The position numbers and the translations under genes were made by a program. Positions 7,719-16,402 of a stretch of DNA of 64,000 nt are shown here, one piece after another. This stretch comes from a virus, in IMG/VR virus record IMGVR_UViG_3300044691_000116, positions 1 through 64,000 of that record. One strand, written 5' to 3'. Every line of letters starts with the position of its first letter. The first letter of the stretch is position 1. Below the pieces are notes generated by a model. The model was not told the origin of the DNA, made no database searches, and saw nothing but the letters and a program-made list of their open reading frames with translations.

Positions 7719-8860
7719 GCGCTTGGTACAACGAAAACGACCCCTACGTCGCCGAGTGGCTGCGCAACCTAATCACGGCCGGCCACATCGCGCCTGGCGT
7801 GGTCGACGAACGGAGTATCGAGGATGTCTTCCCCGACGACCTGCACGGATTCACGCAGTGCCATTTCTTCGCCGGCATCGGCGTCTGGAGCTACGCGCTA
7901 CGTCAAGCCGGTTGGGACGACTCACGACCTGTTTGGACAGGTTCCTGTCCGTGCCAACCTTTCAGCGACGCAGGCAAAGGCGCTGGGTTTGCTGACGAGC
8001 GGCACCTCTGGCCCGCGCTCTATCACCTTGTCACGCAGCATCGCCCTCCAGTCTTCTTTGGAGAGCAGGTTGCGAGCAAGGACGCAATGCCTTGGCTCGA
8101 CCTTGTTCAAGATGACATGGAAGCCGTGGGTTACGCCTTCGGGGCGATCCCGTTTCCGGCTGCGAGCGTCGGTGCTCCGCACATCCGTGACCGCTTGTAT
8201 TGGGTGGCCGACGAGCCGAGCAACAGACGGGGACAAGAACGTTCGCACGCTGGAAGGATCGCTGCGGGAAATCGCGCGCAAGGGCGGGCCACAGGACTTG
8301 AATCAGGCCGCGTGTCTGGCCTCCTGGGCAACGCCGGCAACGAGGGATTGGCACTCGGCGTCGGGTTCCCCGGAGTTCCTGGCGGGTCGTGCGGAGCAGA
8401 CGCGGGGCAAGCCTTTGTCGGAGCAGGTGTTCACGCTGGCGAGTTGGCCGACTGCGGCAGCCAGCGATGGATCGGGCGGGAAGGGTTTTCGGCCGGGCGT
8501 GAGTATGACGGGGCGGATGCCGGATGGGTCGAAGGTAACGATGGACTTGTCGGCCTCGGTAAAGCTGGCGATGCATCACGACGAGCCAGCCCGACTAACG
8601 GATTCTGGCGAGCTGCTGACTGGCTCAGATGCACGGATGACCGGTGGCGGCCAGTTGAACCCGGCACATTCCCGTTGGTTGCAGGGGTTGTCGATCGCGT
8701 GGGACGAGTGCGCGCCGATCAGGAACGCCTCGCCGCGCTCGCGCCACGCAAAGGCCAAGGTAACCGCATTGGCCGGCTCCGAGGATACGGCAACGCGATC
8801 AACGCGGAAGCCGCGATTTCCTGGATCGAAGCCTACGACTTGAAGGAAATCGCAGCATGA
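7715..8860 (+). CDS. DNA (cytosine-5) methyltransferase, catalytic chain
   Basis: FFAGIG (motif I), GSCPCQPFS (IV), GEQV (VI), PHIRDRLYW (VIII), RLRGYGNAI (X). Confidence 0.9.
   Translation: MSAWYNENDPYVAEWLRNLITAGHIAPGVVDERSIEDVFPDDLHGFTQCHFFAGIGVWSYALRQAGWDDSRPVWTGSCPCQPFSDAGKGAGFADERHLWPALYHLVTQHRPPVFFGEQVASKDAMPWLDLVQDDMEAVGYAFGAIPFPAASVGAPHIRDRLYWVADEPSNRRGQERSHAGRIAAGNRAQGRATGLESGRVSGLLGNAGNEGLALGVGFPGVPGGSCGADAGQAFVGAGVHAGELADCGSQRWIGREGFSAGREYDGADAGWVEGNDGLVGLGKAGDASRRASPTNGFWRAADWLRCTDDRWRPVEPGTFPLVAGVVDRVGRVRADQERLAALAPRKGQGNRIGRLRGYGNAINAEAAISWIEAYDLKEIAA
7824..8843 (+). CDS. nested alternative-frame ORF; putative MTase second chain (TRD-like repeats plus motif IX-like segment)
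   Basis: Three W(P/A)T..A.D units and GQLNPAHSRWLQGL; open over ~1 kb inside the MTase gene. Confidence 0.7.
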   Translation: MSSPTTCTDSRSAISSPASASGATRYVKPVGTTHDLFGQVPVRANLSATQAKALGLLTSGTSGPRSITLSRSIALQSSLESRLRARTQCLGSTLFKMTWKPWVTPSGRSRFRLRASVLRTSVTACIGWPTSRATDGDKNVRTLEGSLREIARKGGPQDLNQAACLASWATPATRDWHSASGSPEFLAGRAEQTRGKPLSEQVFTLASWPTAAASDGSGGKGFRPGVSMTGRMPDGSKVTMDLSASVKLAMHHDEPARLTDSGELLTGSDARMTGGGQLNPAHSRWLQGLSIAWDECAPIRNASPRSRHAKAKVTALAGSEDTATRSTRKPRFPGSKPTT

Positions 8861-9342
8861 TCCCCCACAACTCAGATGCTGGCCTGCCGGATGGCAAGGG
8901 GCTGCCAGAGCCGGCGATGCGCGAGATCAACCCGTACCTGGGCAACGGCGATCCCTACGGCGGCAAGACGCATCTCGAATGGTTCACTGCCGCCCAAATG
9001 GAAGCCTACGCCACCGCTCGCGTAGCGGCGAGCCAGGCCGAACGTGATTCTGCCCGCGCTCGCGCCGCCAGTCACCAAGCCGATGGCGCTGCATGGTGGA
9101 AGCTGGCCGATGAGCGAGCGGTCGAGATTGCGCGGCTGCGGGAGGCGCTTGCCGAGTTGATTGCCTGCAAGGATCTGAAGGACGCGATGCTGACCGTTCG
9201 CTCCGATCCCTACTACATCACCCAGGCCGACCGCATGGAATCGCAGTACGACCAGCGCAAGCCCGTCGCCTGGGAACGCGCTCGCGCCGCACTCAACCCA
9301 CCTCCCGCTGCGGGCGATAGCGCTGTGAAGGGGGCGCTGTGA
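8857..9342 (+). CDS. hypothetical phage protein
   Basis: Coupled start; FTAAQMEAYA motif. Confidence 0.65.
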   Translation: MIPHNSDAGLPDGKGLPEPAMREINPYLGNGDPYGGKTHLEWFTAAQMEAYATARVAASQAERDSARARAASHQADGAAWWKLADERAVEIARLREALAELIACKDLKDAMLTVRSDPYYITQADRMESQYDQRKPVAWERARAALNPPPAAGDSAVKGAL

Positions 9343-9596
9343 AGGCCCGCCGCGTCACGCTTGCGCTTGGTCGGTCGGCGCTCGAAGAGGTGTTCTATGT
9401 CCCCGAGACTGTCCTCGATGCTGGCCGAGTCAGGGATTACGAACTCGCCGCGTGCCGCCTGTTCCTTGCGTGGCAGAACGGCTTCCCGCACGTTCGCCGT
9501 CCCATCTGTGAAATCGAAGGGCTACCGCTTGAGTCGGCGGCAATGAACAAGGCCCTATTCCGGTCACCGAAGTCCAGGAAGGAACAAGCAGTATGA
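9339..9596 (+). CDS. hypothetical protein
   Basis: GTGA coupling on the operon strand. Confidence 0.45.
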   Translation: MKARRVTLALGRSALEEVFYVPETVLDAGRVRDYELAACRLFLAWQNGFPHVRRPICEIEGLPLESAAMNKALFRSPKSRKEQAV

Positions 9597-10207
9597 CCCC
9601 CACCGACCAGCCGATCAACCTGCCGCCGCTGCCCAGCGACCTGTCGATTTCCTACCTCGCGGCGAAGGCAAAGAACCCAGCGCCCGACACCGCAGACCGC
9701 TATATCGACGTTCTCGCAGACCGCGCAGCTCAATCCGAGGCTCAGTCACCCCAGGGGGGCGAAGCGGCACAGGCCGAGCCGGTTTGCGAGCGAAGAAGAT
9801 GCCGGCTGCATGACGCATGCTACGGGCACTGCCTGAAGACTGACGCCACTCCCGCTGCCGCACAGGCCGGCGCACCGGGACGAAGTGAGCGGGAGGGGCC
9901 GGTGGCGCTTGAGAACAGGCTCATGGGACTCGCAGCGCATCTCCGAATGGGAAGCGCGCCGGAGTTGGTCGCCGCCATTCTCGATGAAGTCGCGGGACGA
10001 AGTGAGCATGCGGTGCCGGAGCCGAGCGACCGCGTTCGCCTTCGTGCCGCGCAAGCCGCCGCTGTGATGCCCATGATCGGCCTGCTGCTCGACGCGTGGG
10101 AGCACGCGAGGCATCACATAGTCAATGACAGGGAATGCACCGAACTGTCGAAGCAACTTCGAGCCATCAACCGAGCCATGGAAGAGGCGGGAGACGATCA
10201 TGAGTGA
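9593..10207 (+). CDS. mosaic hypothetical protein
   Basis: Coupled start; AAQA and GRSE linker repeats. Confidence 0.6.
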   Translation: MTPTDQPINLPPLPSDLSISYLAAKAKNPAPDTADRYIDVLADRAAQSEAQSPQGGEAAQAEPVCERRRCRLHDACYGHCLKTDATPAAAQAGAPGRSEREGPVALENRLMGLAAHLRMGSAPELVAAILDEVAGRSEHAVPEPSDRVRLRAAQAAAVMPMIGLLLDAWEHARHHIVNDRECTELSKQLRAINRAMEEAGDDHE

Positions 10208-10565
10208 TTTCAAAATCCCTACCGGGTACGCCCTCGTGCCGCTGGAGCCGACGCCGAACATGGAACGTGCCGCCTCGGATGCCTACCTCGGATCGCATGG
10301 CTATGGTGCGGCGTGGATTCGCGCCGTCTTCGCGGCCATGTTGCGTGCAGCTCCCCCGCAACCCCTCATGCATGGGGCGCCAGAGAGCGTGCGACAGCCG
10401 CTGACGGAGGATGTCATCTCCGACATTGTCGACCGGCTTGAGGAATCGCCGACCTCACTGGCTCACGCAAAGCACGACGACATCGTTCTGCTCGTTCGCG
10501 CCATTGAGCTGGCGCATGGCATCGACTCGGCTACAGCAATGAAGGCAGCGGGAGCGCGGGAGTGA
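10200..10565 (+). CDS. hypothetical phage protein
   Basis: PTGYALVPLEPTPNM and QPLTE...VRAIE.AHGI modules. Confidence 0.7.
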   Translation: MSDFKIPTGYALVPLEPTPNMERAASDAYLGSHGYGAAWIRAVFAAMLRAAPPQPLMHGAPESVRQPLTEDVISDIVDRLEESPTSLAHAKHDDIVLLVRAIELAHGIDSATAMKAAGARE

Positions 10566-11119
10566 GCGACACCCCATACACCCTCAAGGCGATGGCTCTG
10601 GCCCAGGCGTATCGCACTGCCGATTACGCTAGCCTCGACGCTACCCGCGAAGCCCTTCTCACCCACCTACGTGCTGCGCAAGCCGCTCCTGCCAACTTCA
10701 ATGTGGCATGGGATCGCGAGATCGCGAATAACAACGGTGTCCAGATCGGCGCCGACTACCGGCACTGGATGCTAATCGGATGGCGGGCTGCGCAGGCCGT
10801 GCCGGAAGCCCGCTGGTGCAAGCACTGCGGCGAGACAACGGTAGCCGGGCTGTGTCGATCCCCTGAACCCGTAGGCCACGAAGCCCGCCGCCGCGCTTAC
10901 CAGGAGGGCCACAGGGATGGAGAGGCTCAGGCCAGGGCGGAAGCGCTGGAGCAGGCTGCCAAGTTCGTCGAGGAGAACCGCCTCATCAGCGGCGGCAACG
11001 GCCCGAACTTCTCGTTCGGATGGGCGGAGGCGGTCGAAGCATCCGCGCTCGGCATCCGCGAGATTCTCATGAAGCCCAAACGCGCCACGAAGCCGGCTCA
11101 GGAGGGTGACCATGTCTGA
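10562..11119 (+). CDS. hypothetical phage protein
   Basis: Coupled GTG start; RAEALEQAAK module. Confidence 0.6.
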   Translation: MSDTPYTLKAMALAQAYRTADYASLDATREALLTHLRAAQAAPANFNVAWDREIANNNGVQIGADYRHWMLIGWRAAQAVPEARWCKHCGETTVAGLCRSPEPVGHEARRRAYQEGHRDGEAQARAEALEQAAKFVEENRLISGGNGPNFSFGWAEAVEASALGIREILMKPKRATKPAQEGDHV

Positions 11120-11489
11120 TCGGGAGTTGCTTGAAGCTGCGGCTCGCGCCTTCTGGGCCGGTGAGATCGACGATGTCGTGTCGATCGAGTGGGGCACCCA
11201 GGACGACTGCATTCTGTACACCCACGCCGACAACCAAGACCACAACGGCCACGACCGCGCGTTTCGATGGGATCCACTGGAGGAAAATCACGACGCATTC
11301 GAGCTGGCGGTGAAACTCAATCTCATGATCTTTCCGGATGATGACCCAAAGGGGGATCGCCGCTACAGCCTCGTCGAATGCGGGATCACTGGCAAATTCG
11401 GATCGGTGGATTGGACTGACGATCCCTATGCCGCCACCCGTCGGGCCATCGTCCTCTGCGCCGCTGCTCTTGCGAAGGACACCCCATGA
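11112..11489 (+). CDS. hypothetical phage protein
   Basis: MSDRELLEAAARA...WDPL....DAF.LAVKL...ATRRAIV..AA pattern. Confidence 0.75.
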   Translation: MSDRELLEAAARAFWAGEIDDVVSIEWGTQDDCILYTHADNQDHNGHDRAFRWDPLEENHDAFELAVKLNLMIFPDDDPKGDRRYSLVECGITGKFGSVDWTDDPYAATRRAIVLCAAALAKDTP

Positions 11490-11646
11490 AACTCCGCAAC
11501 CTGAAGCACCACAACGTCTCCGCCCTGCTGGCAACGCCACGCGTCTATCTCCGCGTTCCCGGCGGAATTCCTCGCCAGGACGCCTACCGAGCACTGCGCA
11601 ACATGACCAAGAATGGCCGCATCGTGTGGCCGAAGAGGGAGGGGGC

Positions 11647-11940
11647 ATGCTGACCGCTGCGCAACTTGCTACCGAACTGAACGTCAGCGTCCGCCACGTT
11701 GAGCGCTGCGCCGCGGCCGGGATGCCGTCCATTCTCGTCGGCGCCCGAGCCAAGAGGTACGATCCAAAGACCTGCCTATCCTGGCTTGCAGAGCACAGCG
11801 GAGAACTGTCCACATGCCGATCAAACGCACCCCGCAAGGCGGTTTCTCGGTTCGTGTCTGCGTCCGCGGTCAACGAGCTCACCGCCGCCTCGCGCCGGGC
11901 ACTCCTGCGTCTGACGCAAAGAGAGTCGAATCAGAGCTGA
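11647..11940 (+). CDS. excisionase-like HTH protein
   Basis: MLTAAQLATELNVSVRHVER...GMP...RYD winged-HTH pattern, directly upstream of and overlapping int. Confidence 0.7.
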   Translation: MLTAAQLATELNVSVRHVERCAAAGMPSILVGARAKRYDPKTCLSWLAEHSGELSTCRSNAPRKAVSRFVSASAVNELTAASRRALLRLTQRESNQS

Positions 11941-12797
11941 GGGTTGCGCTAGAGCGCAAGGCGCCCGAGAAGCGCTCGGTGGCTATCCCCGGCGACCCAC
12001 CCATGTTCGACGTGCTCACGCTCTACACCGAGGAGGCGGAGCACCTGCGCAGCCCGAAGACGAACCAGAGCCATGCCGCCCGGATCGCCGCCCACGTCCG
12101 GGAGTACCGGGCCAGTGACGCTCGAGCTTGTGCAGCAAACTTCGTGAAAAAGGCCCGCGCCGGGAAGTTCGCCGTTGGCACGATCAACCGCAGTTTGGGC
12201 TGCATGCGCCGCGGGCTGTATCTCGCGTGGGAGAAGGGGCTGACGCGCGAGGACTACAGCACCCAGGTCAAGGCGCTCCCCGAGCACAATGCCCGCGAGA
12301 CGCATCTTTCCGTCGCCGAGGTGCGCACGCTGGCCGATGCTGCGAGCGAGAACGTTCGGGCAGCCATCTGGATCGCGCTTCTGACGGGGTGCCGGCGAGG
12401 CGAGGTCTGCCAGATCAAGGCCAGCGACATCGGCGCCGACTCGATCCTGATCCGGGCCGGTAACACGAAGACCCTGAAGACGCGCACGGCGCCCATCTTC
12501 CCGGCCCTTCGGCCATGGTTGGGCTACCTGCCCCTTGCTATCAACTTCGAAGGCGTGAAATCTGGCTTCCGGCGCGCGCGTGAGGCTGTCGGAATGCAGC
12601 ATGTCCAGTACCGTGACCTGCGTCGGTCTTGCGGGATGCTGCTACTGTCGCTCGACGTTCCGCTCGACGTGATCCGCGACGTGCTCGGCCACGCCAGCAT
12701 TAAGACCACGGAGACGCACTACGCGCACGCGATCGTCTCGCGTCAGCGCTCGGCGCTGGAAAAGCTAGGCGCCCTGACCGAAGGCAAGGCCGCGTAA
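11814..12797 (+). CDS. int: tyrosine integrase
   Basis: TGCRRGE, RDLRRS and LGHASIKTTETHY catalytic motifs. Confidence 0.93.
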   Translation: MPIKRTPQGGFSVRVCVRGQRAHRRLAPGTPASDAKRVESELRVALERKAPEKRSVAIPGDPPMFDVLTLYTEEAEHLRSPKTNQSHAARIAAHVREYRASDARACAANFVKKARAGKFAVGTINRSLGCMRRGLYLAWEKGLTREDYSTQVKALPEHNARETHLSVAEVRTLADAASENVRAAIWIALLTGCRRGEVCQIKASDIGADSILIRAGNTKTLKTRTAPIFPALRPWLGYLPLAINFEGVKSGFRRAREAVGMQHVQYRDLRRSCGMLLLSLDVPLDVIRDVLGHASIKTTETHYAHAIVSRQRSALEKLGALTEGKAA

Positions 12798-12798
12798 A

Positions 12799-12873
12799 TG
12801 GTGGGCGGTGCAGGTTTCGAACCTGCGACCCCGTCCGTGTGAAGGACGTGCTCTACCCCTGAGCTAACCGCCC
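12799..12873 (-). tRNA. tRNA-Val (anticodon CAC), full length with encoded CCA
   Basis: GGGCGGTTAGCTCAGGGGTAGAGCACGTCCTTCACACGGACGGGGTCGCAGGTTCGAAACCTGCACCGCCCACCA folds into a complete cloverleaf. Confidence 0.95.
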
Positions 12874-12877
12874 GGCT

Positions 12878-13053
12878 ATGCACCAGTGCCATGCACCAGC
12901 AGCCGTAAGTAGTTGATTCATATGGTAAAGCCCTTGCCGTGTGAAGGCCATTTGGCGGGGCCTGTCGCCCTAGTGCTACCGGGCGTAGAGGGGTCTGCTG
13001 ACGGGCCGTTTCCGCGTCTGTCGGCCATGGTTTTGCACCAATCCATGCACCAG
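12878..13053. other. attP: core GCC-GTGTGAA-GGC (12936-12948), arm-type repeats and IHF site
   Basis: TGCACCA-containing repeat pairs at 12878/12891 and 13033/13045 flank the core. AATCAACTACTTA (minus strand, 12906-12918) matches IHF consensus WATCAANNNNTTR. The core equals a Val(CAC) anticodon loop. Confidence 0.75.
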
Positions 13054-13074
13054 CCTCAGCGCCAGAATGTCCGA

Positions 13075-13314
13075 ATGCTCTACGACCGCGCCCCCTCCTC
13101 CCCCGAGACCGGCCACCCCTGCTGGTACTGCCAGCACTACGGCGGCCCGGCCTGGGGCGACTCGAGCCTGGCGCTATGCAAGCGCGACGGTGAGCATTGC
13201 CGGTCGCAGGCTGAGCGCGGATGCGCGTACTTCGAACGCCTTCCCGGCGTCGACGATGATGGGTGGGAACCGGCGCCGATGGTCTACAAGCCGCTGAAGC
13301 CCATCAAGCGATGA
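13075..13314 (+). CDS. small Cys-rich hypothetical protein
   Basis: CWYCQHY...C...GCAYFERLPGVDD. Confidence 0.6.
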   Translation: MLYDRAPSSPETGHPCWYCQHYGGPAWGDSSLALCKRDGEHCRSQAERGCAYFERLPGVDDDGWEPAPMVYKPLKPIKR

Positions 13315-14488
13315 TGGCTGCCTTTGGCGGCGTTGCCGGCTTGCGCGTGTGGCCGTCGATCACGCGCTGCAGCAGGTTCAGCACGATCCCCGTGAACACG
13401 AGCTTGACCTGGATCTGGTACGGGTCGCGGAAGAAGATGAACGGCAGGATGCTGACCAGGAGGCAGTACAGCGCGCGGGAGTGCGGCGTTGTCGCCTTGA
13501 GGGCCGCGCGCCCCAAGAACGCGCCGACGGCACCGACGAACATCAGTCCACCGATGAACCCGAAATTTCCTATCGTGGCGACGATGATGCTTTGCGCGCC
13601 GAACGGCGACTGATATTCGGGGTAGAGGTCGGTCAACTGAACGATGTGGTCGACCTTGTCAGGCCAGATCGAGCTCGGGATTATGTTGACGAATGAGCTG
13701 ATGAACTCGCCGGGGAACGCGAACCAGTGCCAGTTGTCGCCGAGCACAAACGAGATCCCGGATATGTCCGTAAACAGCGGCTCGGCGAACAGGAAAAAAC
13801 CCAGGCCCGCGAGATCGAACGAACCCAGGCGCAGCATCCCGATCGCCGCGAACACCAGCGGCGCCACGACGATCCACTTGATAATGCGCAACCGATCTTT
13901 TCGTGTGCGCGCGACCCATTTCCAGCGATGGAAAATCACCGCTGCGAACGTCGACGCGACGTAGATCCGGCCGCCCATACTCAGGAGCGCCAACGAGGAC
14001 ACCAGCAACAGCAGGCCGAAGGCGAGCGAGTATCTGCGAAGGGCTGCCTCTTTGCACGCGATGTACTGATAGAGCAGAACCATTTCGAGGGTCGCGATCG
14101 GGCCCATGAGGCTTGGATCGACGCCGCCCACGTAACCGCCGAACAGGAGCTCGCGCGCCTGGAGCGCAAACGTGAGTAGCAGGAGCACATAGATCGGAAG
14201 AAGGAGCTTGCTCGAAAAGCGCGGCCGCACACCCGTACGAAAGGGCCTGGACTTGAACTGGCGTGCGACCCAGTTGCCCGCGATGTAGCAGGCCGGCAGC
14301 AACAACACGTAGGCCGCCAGTGCGTACCATCGGGCAGTGCGGAGGTCGAACTGATCGGCAAATGGCGCCGCCTGGTCGACGAGCGCGAACAGGTTGAAGT
14401 ACCCGGCAGCCATCGGCAGCCCCAGGTAGTAGACCCAGCCGATCAGGAACATATGGACGTGGGACAGCTTGCTCGGACTGGGGGTCAT
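13304..14488 (-). CDS. Wzy-like O-antigen/polysaccharide polymerase (moron)
   Basis: About 390 aa polytopic membrane protein with a MGGR motif after TM helices and a large C-terminal periplasmic loop followed by NFGFIGG; adjacent to attP. Confidence 0.72.
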   Translation of the reverse strand: MTPSPSKLSHVHMFLIGWVYYLGLPMAAGYFNLFALVDQAAPFADQFDLRTARWYALAAYVLLLPACYIAGNWVARQFKSRPFRTGVRPRFSSKLLLPIYVLLLLTFALQARELLFGGYVGGVDPSLMGPIATLEMVLLYQYIACKEAALRRYSLAFGLLLLVSSLALLSMGGRIYVASTFAAVIFHRWKWVARTRKDRLRIIKWIVVAPLVFAAIGMLRLGSFDLAGLGFFLFAEPLFTDISGISFVLGDNWHWFAFPGEFISSFVNIIPSSIWPDKVDHIVQLTDLYPEYQSPFGAQSIIVATIGNFGFIGGLMFVGAVGAFLGRAALKATTPHSRALYCLLVSILPFIFFRDPYQIQVKLVFTGIVLNLLQRVIDGHTRKPATPPKAAIIA

Positions 14489-14663
14489 CGGCGGCTCGTG
14501 AATATCGAGCCGCATTCTCGCATCCCGCCTGAGGTCAAAATCCCCGCCGGCCGTGCAGGCGCCTGCAGCACCGGCGGGGCCACCCCAACGAAACGATCCC
14601 TGACACGAGCCCCAAAACGCAGAAAACCGCCCGACCGGCGCTAGGCCAGTCGGGCGGATGATC

Positions 14664-14704
14664 TGTGGATAACCTGTTGACAGGTTATGTGGGTAACTTA
14701 CAAT
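14664..14704 (+). promoter_or_regulatory. sigma70-like promoter overlapped by two DnaA-box-like sites
   Basis: TTGACA (14677), 16 bp, TACAAT (14699). Minus-strand TTATCCACA at 14664-14672 and TTACCCACA at 14688-14696. Confidence 0.65.
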
Positions 14705-14710
14705 GCGCGC

Positions 14711-14827
14711 ATCGTAGTCGGGAACTCTGACACGCGGGGGCTGCCAGGATGCGCATCCTGGAGAGTTGGCGTTGCGCCCCCTCCGACACGCGAAGAGGGC
14801 CGCCGTGCATGGCGGCCTTCGGTTTTC
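14711..14827 (+). ncRNA. candidate structured small RNA with intrinsic terminator
   Basis: Lies between the promoter above and the GGCCGCC-GTGCAT-GGCGGCC-TTCGGTTTT hairpin; several complementary segments; no plausible ORF. Confidence 0.5.
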
Positions 14828-15083
14828 AGGGCCGCCGCGACAGCCTTCCGTGCAGCCACATCCCGGCCATCGCACCCAGGCCGGCACCGAACCCGATCGG
14901 CAGCACAATCCAGCCCCACCCGCGCGTCGCCGCCTGCCAAGTGACGTACACCTCGCAGACGGCCATCGCAAGCGACGTCGGCAACACCCACAGATACTTG
15001 CCGCTCGAGACGTTGAGTTGCTGAAACGATTTGAGCAGCACGAAGACGAAGGCGGACGAGAAGGCCAGGGCGAACAGCATCAT
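14826..15083 (-). CDS. small membrane protein
   Basis: Three hydrophobic segments; LKSFQQLNV motif; coupled start. Confidence 0.7.
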   Translation of the reverse strand: MMLFALAFSSAFVFVLLKSFQQLNVSSGKYLWVLPTSLAMAVCEVYVTWQAATRGWGWIVLPIGFGAGLGAMAGMWLHGRLSRRP

Positions 15084-15460
15084 GCGCCCGCGCCGGGCCG
15101 GCGCTTGTCCTTCAGGATCTCGAACAGCAGGCCCTGAGCGTTGAACAGGATCGCGCAGAGGTCGGCTTCCATATCCGGCGCCGCCATCGGGTCTTGAACG
15201 ACGAATCCACGGTGTCGCGTCCAGAGGTGCAGGACGTGTCGCCACATGCCCTTGACATAGGCCTCGCGCGGGATGCCCTTCTGCCAGTTGTCGCCGCTGC
15301 GCACCGACCCGTCAGGCTGCACGCGGTTGGCCTGCATGTATTCGCTGAAGCGTTCGATGACGATGGGCGACAGGAAGGCCTCGGGGTCATAGCGGCCGGC
15401 GTCGCTCGAGCGCGTGGCGCCTGTGTCGAAGGCGCGGACCAGAGCGGTTGGTTCAGTCAT
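15080..15460 (-). CDS. dATP/dGTP diphosphohydrolase-like (DUF5664) protein
   Basis: F.TGA.R....G+.D...NWQKGIP...Y....RH pattern. Confidence 0.75.
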   Translation of the reverse strand: MTEPTALVRAFDTGATRSSDAGRYDPEAFLSPIVIERFSEYMQANRVQPDGSVRSGDNWQKGIPREAYVKGMWRHVLHLWTRHRGFVVQDPMAAPDMEADLCAILFNAQGLLFEILKDKRRPGAGA

Positions 15461-16366
15461 GCGGGCTTTCCGTGGTGGCTGCGCGCTTGCGCGCGATGGC
15501 GGCTTTCATCGACGCGGACCGCTTGGTGCGGGTTTCTAGAGAGATGTTGGCTGCTCGCTCTGCGCAAGCGCGTCGCTGCTCAACCGACAAGGGTTCGCGC
15601 GGGCGCCGGTTTGCGGCGGCATTTCGGGCGCGCCATTCAGGGTCTTGGGCGCGCCTCTCGGCCGCGTCCTTCATGTGGCGCCGCGATTCTGCAGAGAGTG
15701 GCCCGCGCGAATTCCGTGCCGCTACCAACCTCTCGCGCACTTCCGGGCGCATAAGGCCTTCATATCGCTTGGCAACCATCTCGGGGTGCTTTGCACGGTC
15801 GGACGCGGCGCGGCGGTACTCTTCAGCATCAGCCGACTGCCAGAAAGCAGACGTGCTTTCCGAAGTCTTTTGGCGAACTTCCGGCCTGCGCAGCACTGCG
15901 GTGCGTCTGGCGTGCATCGAAGGGCCCGCACAGCCGCCAGGAAGTTCGCGATACGCTCCGGGTCTTGGTGGCGCTCCAACATCATCTGGCGACGTGCGGC
16001 TTGGATGATGGGGTTGGCCGCCATCGCAAGCGCCCTTTGGCGCGTTGCCTCTCGCAACCGTTCCGAGACCACCACCCCAGGAGCGCCCCTACCGCCGCGC
16101 GTCTTGTTCACGAGTGAAACTCCCTCGGCGCCAAGGGCCGCTATCCACTCCCCTTCCGCCGCATATGCATCATCTTCCGCGTCAAAGTACGCGACGATCT
16201 CCGCATCGAAGCGCCCCTTATTCTTGAGGACAACGCTGTTCCAGTGGGCTCCGCGGCCGACACCGCTACGAGCGCGGTTGCCGCTGCCCTTGCCGACGTA
16301 GAAGACGGCGCCAGTGTCCGGACGGCGATGGATATAGACGTAGAACTTAGAATGGCGATCAGCCAT
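15453..16366 (-). pseudogene. GIY-YIG homing endonuclease with helical DNA-binding repeats, frameshifted near 15925
   Basis: FYVYIH...FYVGKG..R...E...LVNKT.GG N-terminal domain; the repeat tail (PEVRQK, PEVRER) continues in another frame. Confidence 0.72.
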
Positions 16367-16402
16367 GAGCCGAACCTCCGCAAAAGGTTGGTGATTGGTT
16401 AG

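Noticed and set aside
12799-14488. tRNA and Wzy-like gene as a prophage boundary with host DNA
   Set aside because: Phage genes continue on both sides and arm-type repeats flank the core on both sides, which fits attP.
15080-15460. 2-aminoadenine (Z) genome pathway
   Set aside because: Only a DUF5664-like gene is present; no purZ, datZ or dedicated polymerase in the window.
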